From positions 3,658,001 through 3,722,000 of the forward strand of contig OZ316775.1 of the NCBI GenBank assembly GCA_973851085.1: a stretch of 64,000 bases of DNA, read 5' to 3'. Shown here in pieces: positions 24,455 through 37,503 of the stretch (position 1 is the first letter of the stretch; every line of letters begins with the position of its first letter). The position numbers and the translations under genes were made by a program. This DNA comes from Ptychomitrium polyphyllum. Lineage: Eukaryota. Below the pieces are notes generated by a model. The model had not been told where the DNA came from. It saw only the letters and a program-made list of their open reading frames with translations, and searched no databases.

Positions 24455-27400
24455 CTTTCTATTTCTTATATTTAAAAGTTGCATGGATTATTTCATCATT
24501 GTTGTATAAAAAAAAATGTAAGTTATTCATTTTTGTTCTCAAAAATTTAAGAAATAATGTATAAATATGGTGTATTGACATTCATCTTTTGTAGTGACTT
24601 ACTTCTATTTTCAATATGACAATTTTATTTTTTTAACAAAAATGATATTTTGATATAAAATGAATTTTCATTTTTGTATGTTAATTTTAACTCTTGGTTT
24701 CAACAAATTAAGGCAATAAGACTTGCAATGCCAATGTAATATAATATAGAAGTTAAATATTGTTGAAAATGAGAAATAATACTGCCGATAGTAATAAAAA
24801 AAAAATAATGTACAATATTTCATTTCTTAAAACATCATTTTTCTTTTAGTGATTACCATTAGCTTCTACTCACTTTTGAAAACTCAGAATTTTGCTCAAA
24901 TTTTGATTGTCCAATATGTAATCTAACTTTTTCATATTGTAATTGTACAATTCTCTTATATGTATAATGTAAGTGGATGTGTAGTTTTTTGAAATCTAAA
25001 TTTTTTGTAGATGTAAAGATCTTAGTATTGAACCAAATTTGACTAAAAATTCAACTTTCTTGAAGAAATCATCATAAAATAGTATATTACAAAAACACTC
25101 CTTAAATTTAATATGAATTCTTATTACAATCAATAAACCATTAAAATGGATCCATGAAAATATGTAGTGGAAACCGATTCACAAGAAGAATTTATATTAG
25201 AAAGAAAAAAATTATTAAATTTAATTAAAATTTCCACTTAATTTTATTCAATTGCAAATAAAAAGAATGGATAAAAAATATGCAAAATGAAGAAGTACTA
25301 TTCACTATCTAAGTCCATTTACCATTGAATTTTTTTAAAAATAAAGTGTTTAGAAACTAAATATTTAATTATTATTATGAATGAAAGTATTTCTATTATT
25401 AAAATATAGAATATAAAAGGCTATTTGATACCATATTTTTGCATATTTTATTTTATTATTCTCTACATTAAAATTATAATTTCATATTTATAATATTAAT
25501 TGATTAATAAATGAGATAATTTTTAGTGTAAGATGAATATTTCTTATAGATTAATGCTATAAAAGTCCTACATGAATAGTATCAATATTTTTTTTTTTGA
25601 TATATTTTTTTTATTTAGCATCATAGATTATAGCCTAGAATATTTGATTTGAATAATTAGTGCTAAAATTTGAATGTAAATTTTTGAGTAGGCATGTAAT
25701 GATTCTAATGAAATTATCTAGAAATTGAAATAATACAAAACAATCAATGTGAATAAATAATTGTATCTAAAGTATCTTAAAATTAAAAAAACACATTATT
25801 TCAATAAAGTTGAAATGATAAGATAATTGATAATTTTTGTTATATTACCAAAAAATAATTAATCTAAATAAGTATAAAAGAATTAAAATATCAAAGGTGG
25901 AGACTACAATTATCTTAAAATTTCAAAATCAAATGATTTCAAAAGAATCTAGCAAAAAGTTTAGACTTTTTTTTTCCAATTTTGATTAAAAATTTATCTT
26001 TTATTCTATCCTTAATTATTTATTTGGTTCTTGAAGCAAACATAAAAATAAAGTTCTATTATCAAAACTTTGTTTCAATGAAGGTTGACAAAGTTTGTGT
26101 GCCAAATCACCAAATAAATCCATACCTCCAAGCATTCATTGTCTAATGCCTCACTATCATTTATTATTAGTTTTGCAATTTCCAAGGCAAAGGTAAATTG
26201 CTTCAAGTACTCAAAAATGTAATGTATTTATTAAACACCATATAAACAGATTATGAATATTCAAAATTAGAAACGTCAAGGCTTAGTTATAAAGCAATAC
26301 CTTTTTATTTAAGCAACTAATTTTAGAGACCAAGTTTGAAGATGTTTTGCTCCAATTAATCATATAATGATTTGTAAGAGAAATTTAAAAATCCAAGTTC
26401 TAAAGTAACAAAAGAATAGGTCATTCTTTGTAATATAAAAACCATAAATCTTTTATCAACAAGAATTTTATGTAGGCACAAATAGACCAAGACAACCATT
26501 AATACTCACTTTTTGCAAGGGATATCTAATGAGAAAAAAATATGACAGCTACCTAGCACAATTTACAAATTTCTCTAATGCACTAAAAACATGTTTTTAT
26601 AGTTCTAGAATTATGCAAATCTACAATATAAACATGCTCTAGGTTCATGCAATCCTCCTCCAGTAGTAGGAAACATGTGGTTCATAAATTCCAAAAATAT
26701 TTGTCACATAGGATTGAAGGCTCAGGGACCCAGCTCATCCGAGCACCACCAAGCCCTCGCTTACGTCCACTGTCACGCTTCATTCTAATGCAATATGCAT
26801 GCTCATCCCTTGCACAGAGTATTGGACATCAAAATTGCACCCCTAAATCTGAATAGATGAGGACTAGACCTCAAAAGTCCATCTGTATACACTTGGAAGT
26901 GAATTGGATTCTTCCAGCAAGCTTTTCAATATTTAAACACCCCTGTTCTTTTACTGCATTATGTGAAAGTCTGCATCCAATGTTACTGCTCGATATGTAG
27001 CTGAGGATGAAGCTGCTTGTAGCTGCAGGAGGGGATTCAATGAGAGGTTTGAAGCTGGCCCCAGGTAGAGTTTGCAGTTCTGGAGCAACATGTAAGACTG
27101 CAGTTTCGCAGGAAATTTAAGTTTGCGGTGCACAGTGGCCAAGGATGTTTTCAGCCGAATTAACTAGAAGGATCATGAATTTCAAAGGCTAGCAGCTTTC
27201 AGCAAGCGGTGAATCGTACTGAGATGCAAAACAATCTGGGTTTGGAATTTCGCTTGGGATGATTCAGTTGACGCAATGAAAACTCCTGCCTTTGGTACTT
27301 GATGTTTGACTTCCGTTCCAAAACCATGAGTTTGCAGGGTGCAGCTCAGTAGATATTGAAATTCAATCCCCATGATCAGCTATGGTGTACGTCCTAGCTG

Positions 27401-30400
27401 TTCCACTCCAGCTGCATGGATATTAAACAAACTGACATTGCCACGCTAGTTTTTGTTTCTTTCTGTTGCTGAAGACACATGCTGTACTGACCAATTAAAG
27501 GGTTTCCTGTTCAATAGTTTTACTCGTGCTTAACTAAAAATATTGAAGGTCGTTAGTCCTCCTTCACGTAAAACCTCTCCCAATTTGATCTTCAACCACA
27601 CACACCAAGCTCTACAGGCTGCAGCGATGAGTTGTAAACTTGAAATCGGGTCAGTTCATCCAATTTTGTAGGTTTAATGAAACCATTGCTTTGCATTTGC
27701 GCACTATGAAAACCTGACCCAAATTTCTTCTGAATATCGATTCCATCATTACCTAAAAGTGACCAATTCTCATTAACAAATAGTTGTAGATGCCAAGATG
27801 ACAGAGTTTTATGATTTGTCGCTTTTCAAAACATGACCTTGACGAAGCCGCTTTCAATTCCTCTTAACATTTTGATGTGATTCATCGAACTATGACCGAA
27901 TGCCCAGGCACAAATAGGTACATAGATGCCAAGATGCAAATGGATTGTGGCCGCCATGTCACCACGTGATACTATTTGGCAGAAACCACACCGAAGTCCC
28001 ACAAGACTTTCAGAGACACGAACGTTATTGTCCACAAGGATAGTGTCCAACCGATATTTATTATCCTAACAACAACACGGTCATTCTTGACAATCATTTT
28101 ATTTTCGAGTACAAAATTGGCTTAAATATATCAGTCTAGCTGCATTCATCCACCTCATCTCATACTATTGCAAAGTCGATAGCACTTTATAACGGCAGCA
28201 ACATACGTGCATTACCCAATCTCCTAAATACTGGGAAGCTGCTGTCTACCAACGTCTTTCAAAATTATCAAAATATTTGAGTCACTTGGGTCACAGATCG
28301 CGCCCTCCAGGATCAAAGTGAATGCAATTTTATGCTAATGACTTAAGTTTTGATCATCTGTGATGGAATTAATATTTGCCAGCTGCTGTGCACACAAATT
28401 TCTTCAACGACCCATGCCGTTCATTCAGCGCGCGTGTGTCTTACACAATCAAACCATGAAGCACTGAGACGTAACTTGTGACGTCCATAATTAGTCAAGG
28501 GTCAAGCTACTCCAAAATTCTTTCCCCGAGAAACCCAGATTTTCACTCATTAGCTTCAAAGTTGCTGAAATCGAAGTGAAATACTTGCAAACGACGTGAA
28601 CCGCCTCAGCAACTTCACATTGACTGTCGGCAGTGATTCTGTAGCAGTTACCGATTGTTGAACTGCTGATTGTTCTTCTACAAATAATCATAATTCAAAA
28701 TGCTGATTTCTTACTTAAATTCAATGTCTTCAAGTAAAAAAAATTCCAAGTGTACTTACGTCTGCAGGTGAACGACGAAGCCATCGGTTCCCGAATCATA
28801 CCGTCTCTATACCGTCAATCACGGAAGCTTCTTGATCCAGTGAGTCATCATAGGGTCATGATTTTATTTTCTGTCATTTTCCTGCAATAATCAAGCCATG
28901 TGACAACGATTTGCAGCAGCCAAACTTTGCTCAAGTGGATTCGTCACAATGCACATGACACTAGGATGCACATGCTCTTCACTTAAAAGTAAGAATCAGA
29001 ATCCACCAAAAAATGACTACAAAAAGTACTAAAGTATGACCCATGCAGATAAAATTGATAGTAGGAAAGCGTCCTGGCACGCTGGTGATGGTCGCTGGTG
29101 CGGAAAAGAAGGAACAAAGTGTGAACACCTCTACATTTTGCGGCTTGGAGAATCAAAGCACATTGACATGCAGGTATATATACAGCAGATTAATTCTTCT
29201 ATTTCTGGGGTCGGATGTGTGCAAATCAGAATTCCCAAAAACGGCCTGACATCCTTTTAAATGTTTTCTGGCTTGCAGGAGGCTTGACATGTGTATGTCA
29301 CCTACTGGTCAGGAGAATAAATTTTAATTTAATACTTAAAATTCGGGAACTTATGAGTCGTGGAAGGGTCCTACATTGACCATTGGGGAGGGAGGACTCC
29401 TTTGTTGGGGCACTGATTGGTTTTCCATAAACTCCAAGAGGTCTGCTCATTACAATCCCCGAGGGGCAGGCAACTTCATATAGCAAACCAGGAGGATGTT
29501 TTACATTCTTTACAATGCCTTGGAGCGCAAAGATAGTAACTTTACTGTATGATCTCCAACATGACCAGTGTCAAGGTATGATGTGTTCAACTTGAGATTC
29601 CAGTCATAATCAAAAGCCCCCAATCATTTGTGAAGTGAATTGGGGTAAATATAGCTTGCTTATTAGACTTGTAATTCCAGAAAATTCCAATGGCCACGGC
29701 GCCCATACAGCACCACATCATGGCCACCTGAAGTTCCAAAGCTCCGAAGCTAGAAATACCACAATCTAACCAAATATAGATATACTTGCATTTTATGAAT
29801 GCAGTGTCCCCAAAGTCAACCCTTTTTTTGCCCTAAGTTCTTCCAATCCCTCCAACCTTGAAGTGCATTATGCTTGTGTTAAAAATTATCAGGGATTATT
29901 ATTTATAAAAAGAAGACTTCGTAGAAACGTAAGGTGAAGAAATCTTACTCAACTGATAATTTCAGCCGTTTTAGTGAAACACAGTTTAGGAATTAATTCC
30001 AAATGAAAACAGCTTTATATGACAATTTGAATGTTATTCAAAAACCTTTTGAACAATAAAGTTTTTTAATAATAGACTTATTTAAACATTATTAAGTAGA
30101 ATTTGTCAAATTTTATCTACATCATAAAATTTGAATGAAGTGGTCAAAAGTGGATGAAATCTTTTATACTACATCACATGTGCTCCAACTACAGATGAAG
30201 AAGGTGACATCATACATGAATCTTTAGGTTAAAAGGGGATTATTTATCAAATAATTGTAGTTGCTCACAATACATTTTCCACTTTTAACGTGGAAATTTG
30301 TAATGATTTTCGTTTTCATGATTGTATTCTATTCATTTGAAAATGTTATTCTTCTATCCAAATGTACAAAATTTGACAAAGTCTTTAAAAGGTTTTGGTA

Positions 30401-32532
30401 CATGTATGTGGTGGAAAAGCTCACAACAAAAATTTTAAGTTTGTTCTATCTGAAGGAATTATTTTAAAAAAATACTCGAAACCTTTAACATCAAGTTCTA
30501 GGAACTACTTTTTTCTGTCGTTGCTAATCCAGCGATCTAACATTAATGAATGAAAAAGATTAAACTTCAAATCAATTTAAAATATATAAGTTTTAATTTT
30601 AAAATGCTGGAGTAAAAACATTTGTGTCCTTGGCTCACAGAGCTATCAACCGTGTTGCATGACCCTGCTTTTAGGCATAGGGAAACCATAGGACATGTGT
30701 GTCCAGTTCTGTACCAGGTCATAACCAACACCAAACTGACACTTTTTCAGTACGAGGAACATTGACAGTCTGGTAAGCATGCTCAGTGCAGTGTCCATCA
30801 TTGAAAATCCATTGTTGAAATAAAATCCAAGAGAACCCTGCACATGACCCTGTTTGTTACCCTACAGAAAAGTGAAGGTTCCTCTCTCACTGGACCTCTG
30901 GGAGAGCTAGGTGATACTTGTGTACAATTTGAGTGACTCCCAAATAGCTGATCCCACCTGGCTCCCCGTCCCCCTTTGCTGGTGGTTGCACGCAAGGACA
31001 AGTTAAATAAGCTAGCCTTCAGATGAAGCATGAGCTGTGCCATCTCCTCCACACAGTCTCAATGGTTACATCTTGCATCTTCTGGTCCAGGCTGTTGCTT
31101 GAGTTTGTGACTCTTTTCACAACTTCCCAAACAATCGGAAGTCGAAGTGTTTGTGCAAGTGATACCCAGCCTCCCATTTCAGCCGCAATGGCGCTGGTCA
31201 TGTTGTGGTTTAGCTCTATTACGACGAAATATTTTGATTCTGAGGGGCCACTTGAGGACACTTTACCTTAAATAGTTTCCCGCTCATCTGGGCCTCCGCA
31301 TACTAAAACAGCAACTAAATAGGGGGCCAACAGTGTCCAAGATGCAACCTCCAGGCTCCTACATGAGGGGCTTCCCACATGTTCGCCATTTCTATGCAGA
31401 GTAGGGCCCATGACAGACCAACTTGGGTGGATGTGACAATGCAAAACCTTCAACTTGGAATAACACAAAACACAATTAGGGTAAAACAATTTTTCTATTT
31501 TTTTAAAATAATATCGCACTTTTAAATTCACCTCACAATTAAAAGATGAGATTTGAAGGTGAGCACTTCAAAGGTGAATACAAGAACCATTGTAATTCTA
31601 AGCTTCCCATAGGATGGTATTTAAGTCCCTTTTTCATATAGAGGCTATTTATACTTACTTGCTCTTGAAGTGCTCACTTTTGAACTACAACTTTTTGTAG
31701 AATTAATTACAATATTTGATAATTGGTACTACTAGAATTCAATTGGAATAATATAGACTGCTAGTGTGATCTATATTGAATAAAATATTTCAACTGCTTA
31801 AAGTTTAGGTTGTCTCTTTTATAAAAATTTATACTAATAAACCAACTACATGCATTTGGATGTTTGAAAATTACAAATAAGTAAGCAATATAACATATCA
31901 AAATGTTAAGTTTGTAAATAATTAAGAAATTTTATAAGACTTAATAGAGTGCTTATTAATTATTTATTTTCTTTTGATATTATGGATGAGAATTTTGGAA
32001 TATTTTTTGTAAAATGTAGTAAAAGAACTTCAAGAGTTCAATGATGTTTACACTAGATTGATAAATTTGATTCTTCTTAAATCTTTTTATTCTATTTGCA
32101 CCTTGCTTTACAAAATTAACAAATTTTAATTTCTTTTAAAACAAATACTTTTGTATTACAGAACTTTTTTATATTTTCAAAAAGGATTATATTAAGTGTT
32201 GTTGTACCAAATCTTAGAAGTAATTAAGGAATATAGTATAATTTTTTAAGTTGATTAATGAATTAAAATAACTACATAAAACAATAGGTTTTTTTTTCTA
32301 GGTCTTGTAGAAAACAAAATATGCCTACAAAGTCAAATAGTCTTGAATCTTTAAATAATTTAAAATCATACTAAAATCAAAGTTGTGAAAGTCAATCCAA
32401 AATCTTAAAAAACCCTTGTATGTAAAATTATTCTTCAGAAATTAAACATTCATAAATTACTTTATGAAATTTTGAAGTTGAATCTTTTATATTTAATTAT
32501 AATATGTATTAAAGATACTATTCTTTAAAAGC

Positions 32533-32556
32533 TATATATATATATATATATATATA
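32533..32556. repeat. (TA)12 microsatellite
   Basis: Read directly from the sequence. Confidence 0.9.
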
Positions 32557-34559
32557 GTTATATATGAAATATAAAAAAAAAACATTATAAAAATCTCTTA
32601 TTGTACATACAACATCTTTTATCTAAATTCTAGTATTCTCTAAATAATTTGATGGAAATACATATTGGCTAATAGATAGACTTCATTTTTTTGTAACTAA
32701 GCAACATTTTATTTGTATTAGAACATTATTTATGAATATTATTTACAATAGAAGTGAAAGAATATAATATAGAAGGGTGTTTGGAAGAGTATTAATATGC
32801 CATAATTCATTCCATAATATTCATATTGTACACAAAGGTCGAGTTTAACAAATTTATGCCAAATAGATAATGTTCTTTAAAAATGATATTTACCATATCA
32901 AAAAATTTTAAACTATTTTTTCCTTTACAAATTTTTCAAAAAAATTCATGTTTTTTAGCAAATAATTTATATATATTTTTTTGTTAGACTTGACTATTGC
33001 ATATAGTATGGAAAACAATCTACTAATCTTGTACTCTTAATATTGCACAAAGATGGTAGAATTTTTTTGAGGTTTATAATACCTTCTTAGCTTCTATTGC
33101 CAATAAAAGCTTTATATATATTATATAATATTTTTTTCTTTGTTTTGTGATTTGAAAAAAATGAAAAATACATTTTGAAATAACTTTATATTTAAATAGT
33201 ATCCTTTCAATAGGATCTAAAGTACTATAAAAATGTTGAATGTAACCAATTTTTTGTTTTTTTATTATGTGGAATAAAAAATTAGTATCTATATCTTCTA
33301 ACTTCAATTATTTCAAACCACATAACAAAATTTGGCTATGAATTAAAGATCTTTGTTAACTATAAATAAGATTGTTAAATATGAATAAATTTTTTTAAGG
33401 ATATTGATATTTACAAATAGAATCTTGATAAAAATCAAATTAATGAATGCTAAAATGAGGTAATGATGAAAAAATAAGGATCTTAGAAAAATTGTCTTTT
33501 TTGCAACCTCCATAAATTTAAATTAGCTAGTATATTGCAAAATTTGAAAATATTTTAATTTTTGAATTGATTGTAAAATGTATCATTTCTAATTATAAAA
33601 TGTATCATTTCTTCTTTAATTCAAATGAAGTTGATATATGGTTGTCTTCTTTTAATTCTAATACTATTATTTATGACATACAGAAGCAGGTCACCATGTA
33701 AATCCTTAATTCCAATGCAATATTCATCAAATTTCCATCTAAAATACCACACCTTCATCAATAAAGGAAAATCCATTACAACTATCTTAAAAAATTGTGT
33801 CTTTGATTGCATCAAATGTAACTTTAATTAAATATGCAATATCTATTACAACATCCATAGAAATTTGGTATGTGTTTTTTGGTTCTTTAAAAAAAATTGA
33901 AAACCAACTTCTTCCAATTTATCATATATTTTAATTTTAATTTAAAAATAAATCAAACTACGAATATTGTTTAATTTTCAAATGTGTTCATATGTTGTAA
34001 ATGTACAAATGAACAAGTGTTATGGAAAATACCTAATAAATATTATCATTTGTATTGAATGTTATTATAATAACATGATCCAAAATGAAACTCCAATTTT
34101 GTAATGTTTTCCATGAAATTTATACATCGCAACTCTCATTAATAAGTGTAATATTAACCAATGTATTTTCTATGCAATTCATATTTTAAATCTAATAACG
34201 TATCTTATTGTTATAGTTTTTTGTATTGTCTTCAATTTCTTCTTCCTTTCCATCCTCATTAAAGTACAATAATCCTAAGTTTATTTCAACCATGATGTAG
34301 GATCAATTCAATAATAATTTAAACAAAATTTTCAAAATATTTGGCAATAATCCATCATAACAAAACAAAAATTCTATTACAATCCAAGCTCTTTATTAGT
34401 TGAAAGGAAGCTTTTATCACGTTTTGAAAAAATCTAAATATATTCAATTAAATTTGAACAAAAAATAATTAAAGAGAAATAACAAGTAATATAAACCAAT
34501 AATTCATAAGCAAATGAAAGCATAAGAAATTAAAAAGATATTGGAAGAGTGAAGGAAGG

Positions 34560-36263
34560 TGTCATAGATATAGATCATGCAACATAGTCCCTAGAACATT
34601 CTAAAATCTTCTAGTATACTATATAAGCTTTTTAGAACACTTTTAAATGTCTCCATAGCATTTCCATTTTTTAAGGAAGATTCCTAAGAAAAGTCCTCCA
34701 CCTTAGGAAATTTCCTAAGAAGATTCCATCATCTCAAGTAACTTCTTAAGAAACTTTCTACGAAGATTCCATCACCTTAAGAAAATTACTTAAAAAGGTT
34801 CCATCATCTTACAAAACTTCATAGGAAAGTTCCATCAACTTATGAAACTTCATAGGAAAGTTCTACTACCTTACAAAACTTCTAAGGATGGTTTCTTAGA
34901 CTTCTAGAACATTCTTAAGCCTTGAAGGAAGCTTCTATAGAAGAATCATAGGATATACAAACGTTATAGTATAAATAGGAGTCAAGACAAGGTATTCCTT
35001 AGTCTTGCCAACATAAGTTGTGGATCATCTTGAATTTTGCCTTGTTCTTGTCACAGGCATAGATCAAGCAACATAGTCCTTAGAACATTCTAGAACCTTC
35101 TACTATACTATAATAGCTTCTTAGAATATTTTTAAAATGTCTCCATAGCCTTTCCATGTTTTTAGGAAGCTTTTTAGAAAAATTCCTCCACCTAAGGAAA
35201 CTTCCTAAAAAGGTTCTATTACCTTAGGTAACTTCTGAGGAAACTTCCTATGAAGATTCCATCACCTTAGGAAACTTCCTAGGAAGGTTGTACTTCATTA
35301 GGAAACTTCCTAAGAAAATTCCACTACCTTATAAAACTTCCAAGGAAGGTTCCAATATCTTAGGAAATTTCTTGGGATGGTTCCCTAAACTTCCAGAACA
35401 TTCTTAAGCCTTGTAGGAAGCTTTTTTAGAAGTATCTTAGGAAATACAAGCGTCATAGTATAAATAGGAGGCAAGACAAGGTATTCCTTAGTCTTGCCAA
35501 CACAAGTTATGGATCATCTTGAATCCTGCCTTCTTCTAGTCTTTGTATCAAGTTACTAATCATTAGCTCTTTGGAAGCTAATTCTTGGGAAACACTTTGT
35601 TTTTGTTTCTTGTTTCTTGTGTCTCTAACAGTTTGGCAAGACTACTTTTTGTCACGGATATAGATCATGCACCATAGTCCTTGAAACATTCTAGAACCTT
35701 CTACTATACTATAATAGCTTCTTAGAATATTTTTAAATGTCTCCATAGCTTTTCCATGTTTTTAGGAAGCTTCCGAGGAAAGTTCCTGCATCTAAGGAAA
35801 CTTCCTAGGAAGGTTCTATCATCTTGGATAACTTCCTAGAAAACTTCCTACGAAGATTCCATCATTTTAAGAAACTTCCTAAGAAGATTCTATCTCTTTA
35901 GGAAACTTCCTAAGAAGGTTCCACTACCTTAAGAAATTTCCAAGGAAGGTTCCAATTCCTTGAAAGCTTCTCAAGAAGGTTCCAACATCTAAGGAAACTT
36001 CTTGGGAAGGTTCCCTAGACTTCCAAAACATTCTTAAGCCTTGAAGGATGCTTCTTTAGAAGTATCCTAAGAGATACAAACGTCATAGTATAAATAGGAG
36101 GCAATACAAGGTATTCCTTAGTCTTGCCAACACAAGTTGTGGATTATCTTGAATCTTGCCTTGTTCTAGTCTTTGTATCAAGTTCTTGTTAACCATTAGC
36201 TCTTTGGAAGCTAATTCTTGGGAAACACTTCGTTTCTGCTTCTTGTTTCTTGTGTCCCTAATA
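34560..36263 (+). repeat. Three stacked family B LTRs, each with a ~29-bp internal tandem repeat
   Basis: Each starts TGTCA. The unit gaaggttccatcaccttaggaaacttccta is repeated a variable number of times. TATA-like gtataaatagg in each. Confidence 0.9.
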
Positions 36264-36486
36264 CTTTTCATCTATGTCAAAGCTAAGGTTCTTTGAAGAA
36301 GATTATGGATTACCCATCTTCTTGAGGATTCTATAGCATCTTAGAGGTTGCGGATTACCCTCCTCTAAGCTGGCACCATAAGAGTTGGTTTCTCCTTTTA
36401 GAACTAAGTATTATTTCTTTCAAGGGACGTGGATTTTCCTCCTTTGAAGGTACTCATAGTCTTTCTGTCTTTGAGAGTCTTAAGAA

Positions 36487-37503
36487 ATGGATAACGTGCC
36501 TGGAATATCAAAGAATAGGTTTGCAACTATTGCAGACCTTCAAGAGTTATTAAACACAGTTCGAACAGAACTCGCCCGTTTTAATACCACCAACAATTTA
36601 GAGCAACACACTCGGCAAGTTGAAGAATCCAATGGTGATATTTAAAGCCTATATCAAGAGGTTATTCGATTGCGAGAGGCCAATATTGGAAGGGAAGGCT
36701 TACGTCAAACCCATGCAAAGCCAAAGATTAGCATGCCGGACAAGTTCAATGGATCAAGATCAAAATTGAGAAGCTTTGTTCAACAAGTAAGACTCTTCCT
36801 TAGTTTGCATCAATCTCGCTATTCTGATGGCACAACTCAAGTGGGATTTGTGGCCACTTTTTTATTAAACAATGCACTATCGTGGTTTGCACCACTAATG
36901 GAGAAGCAGTCACCATTATTGAACAACTTAGATGCTTTCATAGAAGCATTGATATCTACTTTTGGAGACACCAACCGAGAGAGGGTGGCTGAAACAAGAA
37001 TCGAGAGTTTCCAACAAGGACAACGCTCAGCTGCTATATATGCTGCAGAGTTTTGACAATTAGCTTGCGACCTTGATTGGAATGATAAAGCCTTGGTCAT
37101 ACGATTCTAATGGGGCTTAAGAGAGAATATAAAGGACTTGCTACTCACAATGCCAAGAATTGAAACATTGGACGAATTCATCACTCAAGCAATAGCATGT
37201 GACAAGAGACTATTTGAGAGGCGCAAAGAACAACGCTTAGGATGGCGACCAGTGTATCAAAGCATGGCTACCACTTCTTTAAGAGTATCGGAAAGTCGAC
37301 CGTAAGGACCAAAAGCTATGCAAATTGATGCTGCCCAGTTCAGACGTTTGACTCCAGAAGAAAAAGAAAGGCATTGAAGAAAAAACTTATGTTTGTATTG
37401 TGGCAAGTCTGGACATAAAGTGCGCAATTGCCAAATCAAAGAATCTGCCTTTAAGGCTCAAAGCACAATGGTGGAGTTGGAAAACGAGGCTGTCCAGTCA
37501 TAG
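36487..37503 (+). pseudogene. gag: gag pseudogene (retrotransposon capsid plus CCHC zinc knuckle)
   Basis: MPDKFNGSRSKLRSFVQQV, ALSWF, QGQRSAAIYAAEF and CLYCGKSGHKVRNC all lie in one frame, with in-frame stops (e.g. 36643, 37054, 37108). Confidence 0.9.

Noticed and set aside
30646..31261. Overlapping - strand ORFs as a decayed gag or gene
   Set aside because: No diagnostic motif recognised; not supportable without a search.
31552..31684. miR156-like precursor (GTGAGCAC/GTGCTCAC)
   Set aside because: Only the 3' 8 nt match; the TGACAGAAGAGA part is absent.
24455..34559. Very AT-rich blocks as endogenous giant-virus remnants
   Set aside because: No recognisable viral protein motif; equally explained by old mutated TE or intergenic DNA.
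34670..36020. CRISPR-like array
   Set aside because: Tandem units without unique spacers, inside LTRs of a eukaryotic retrotransposon.
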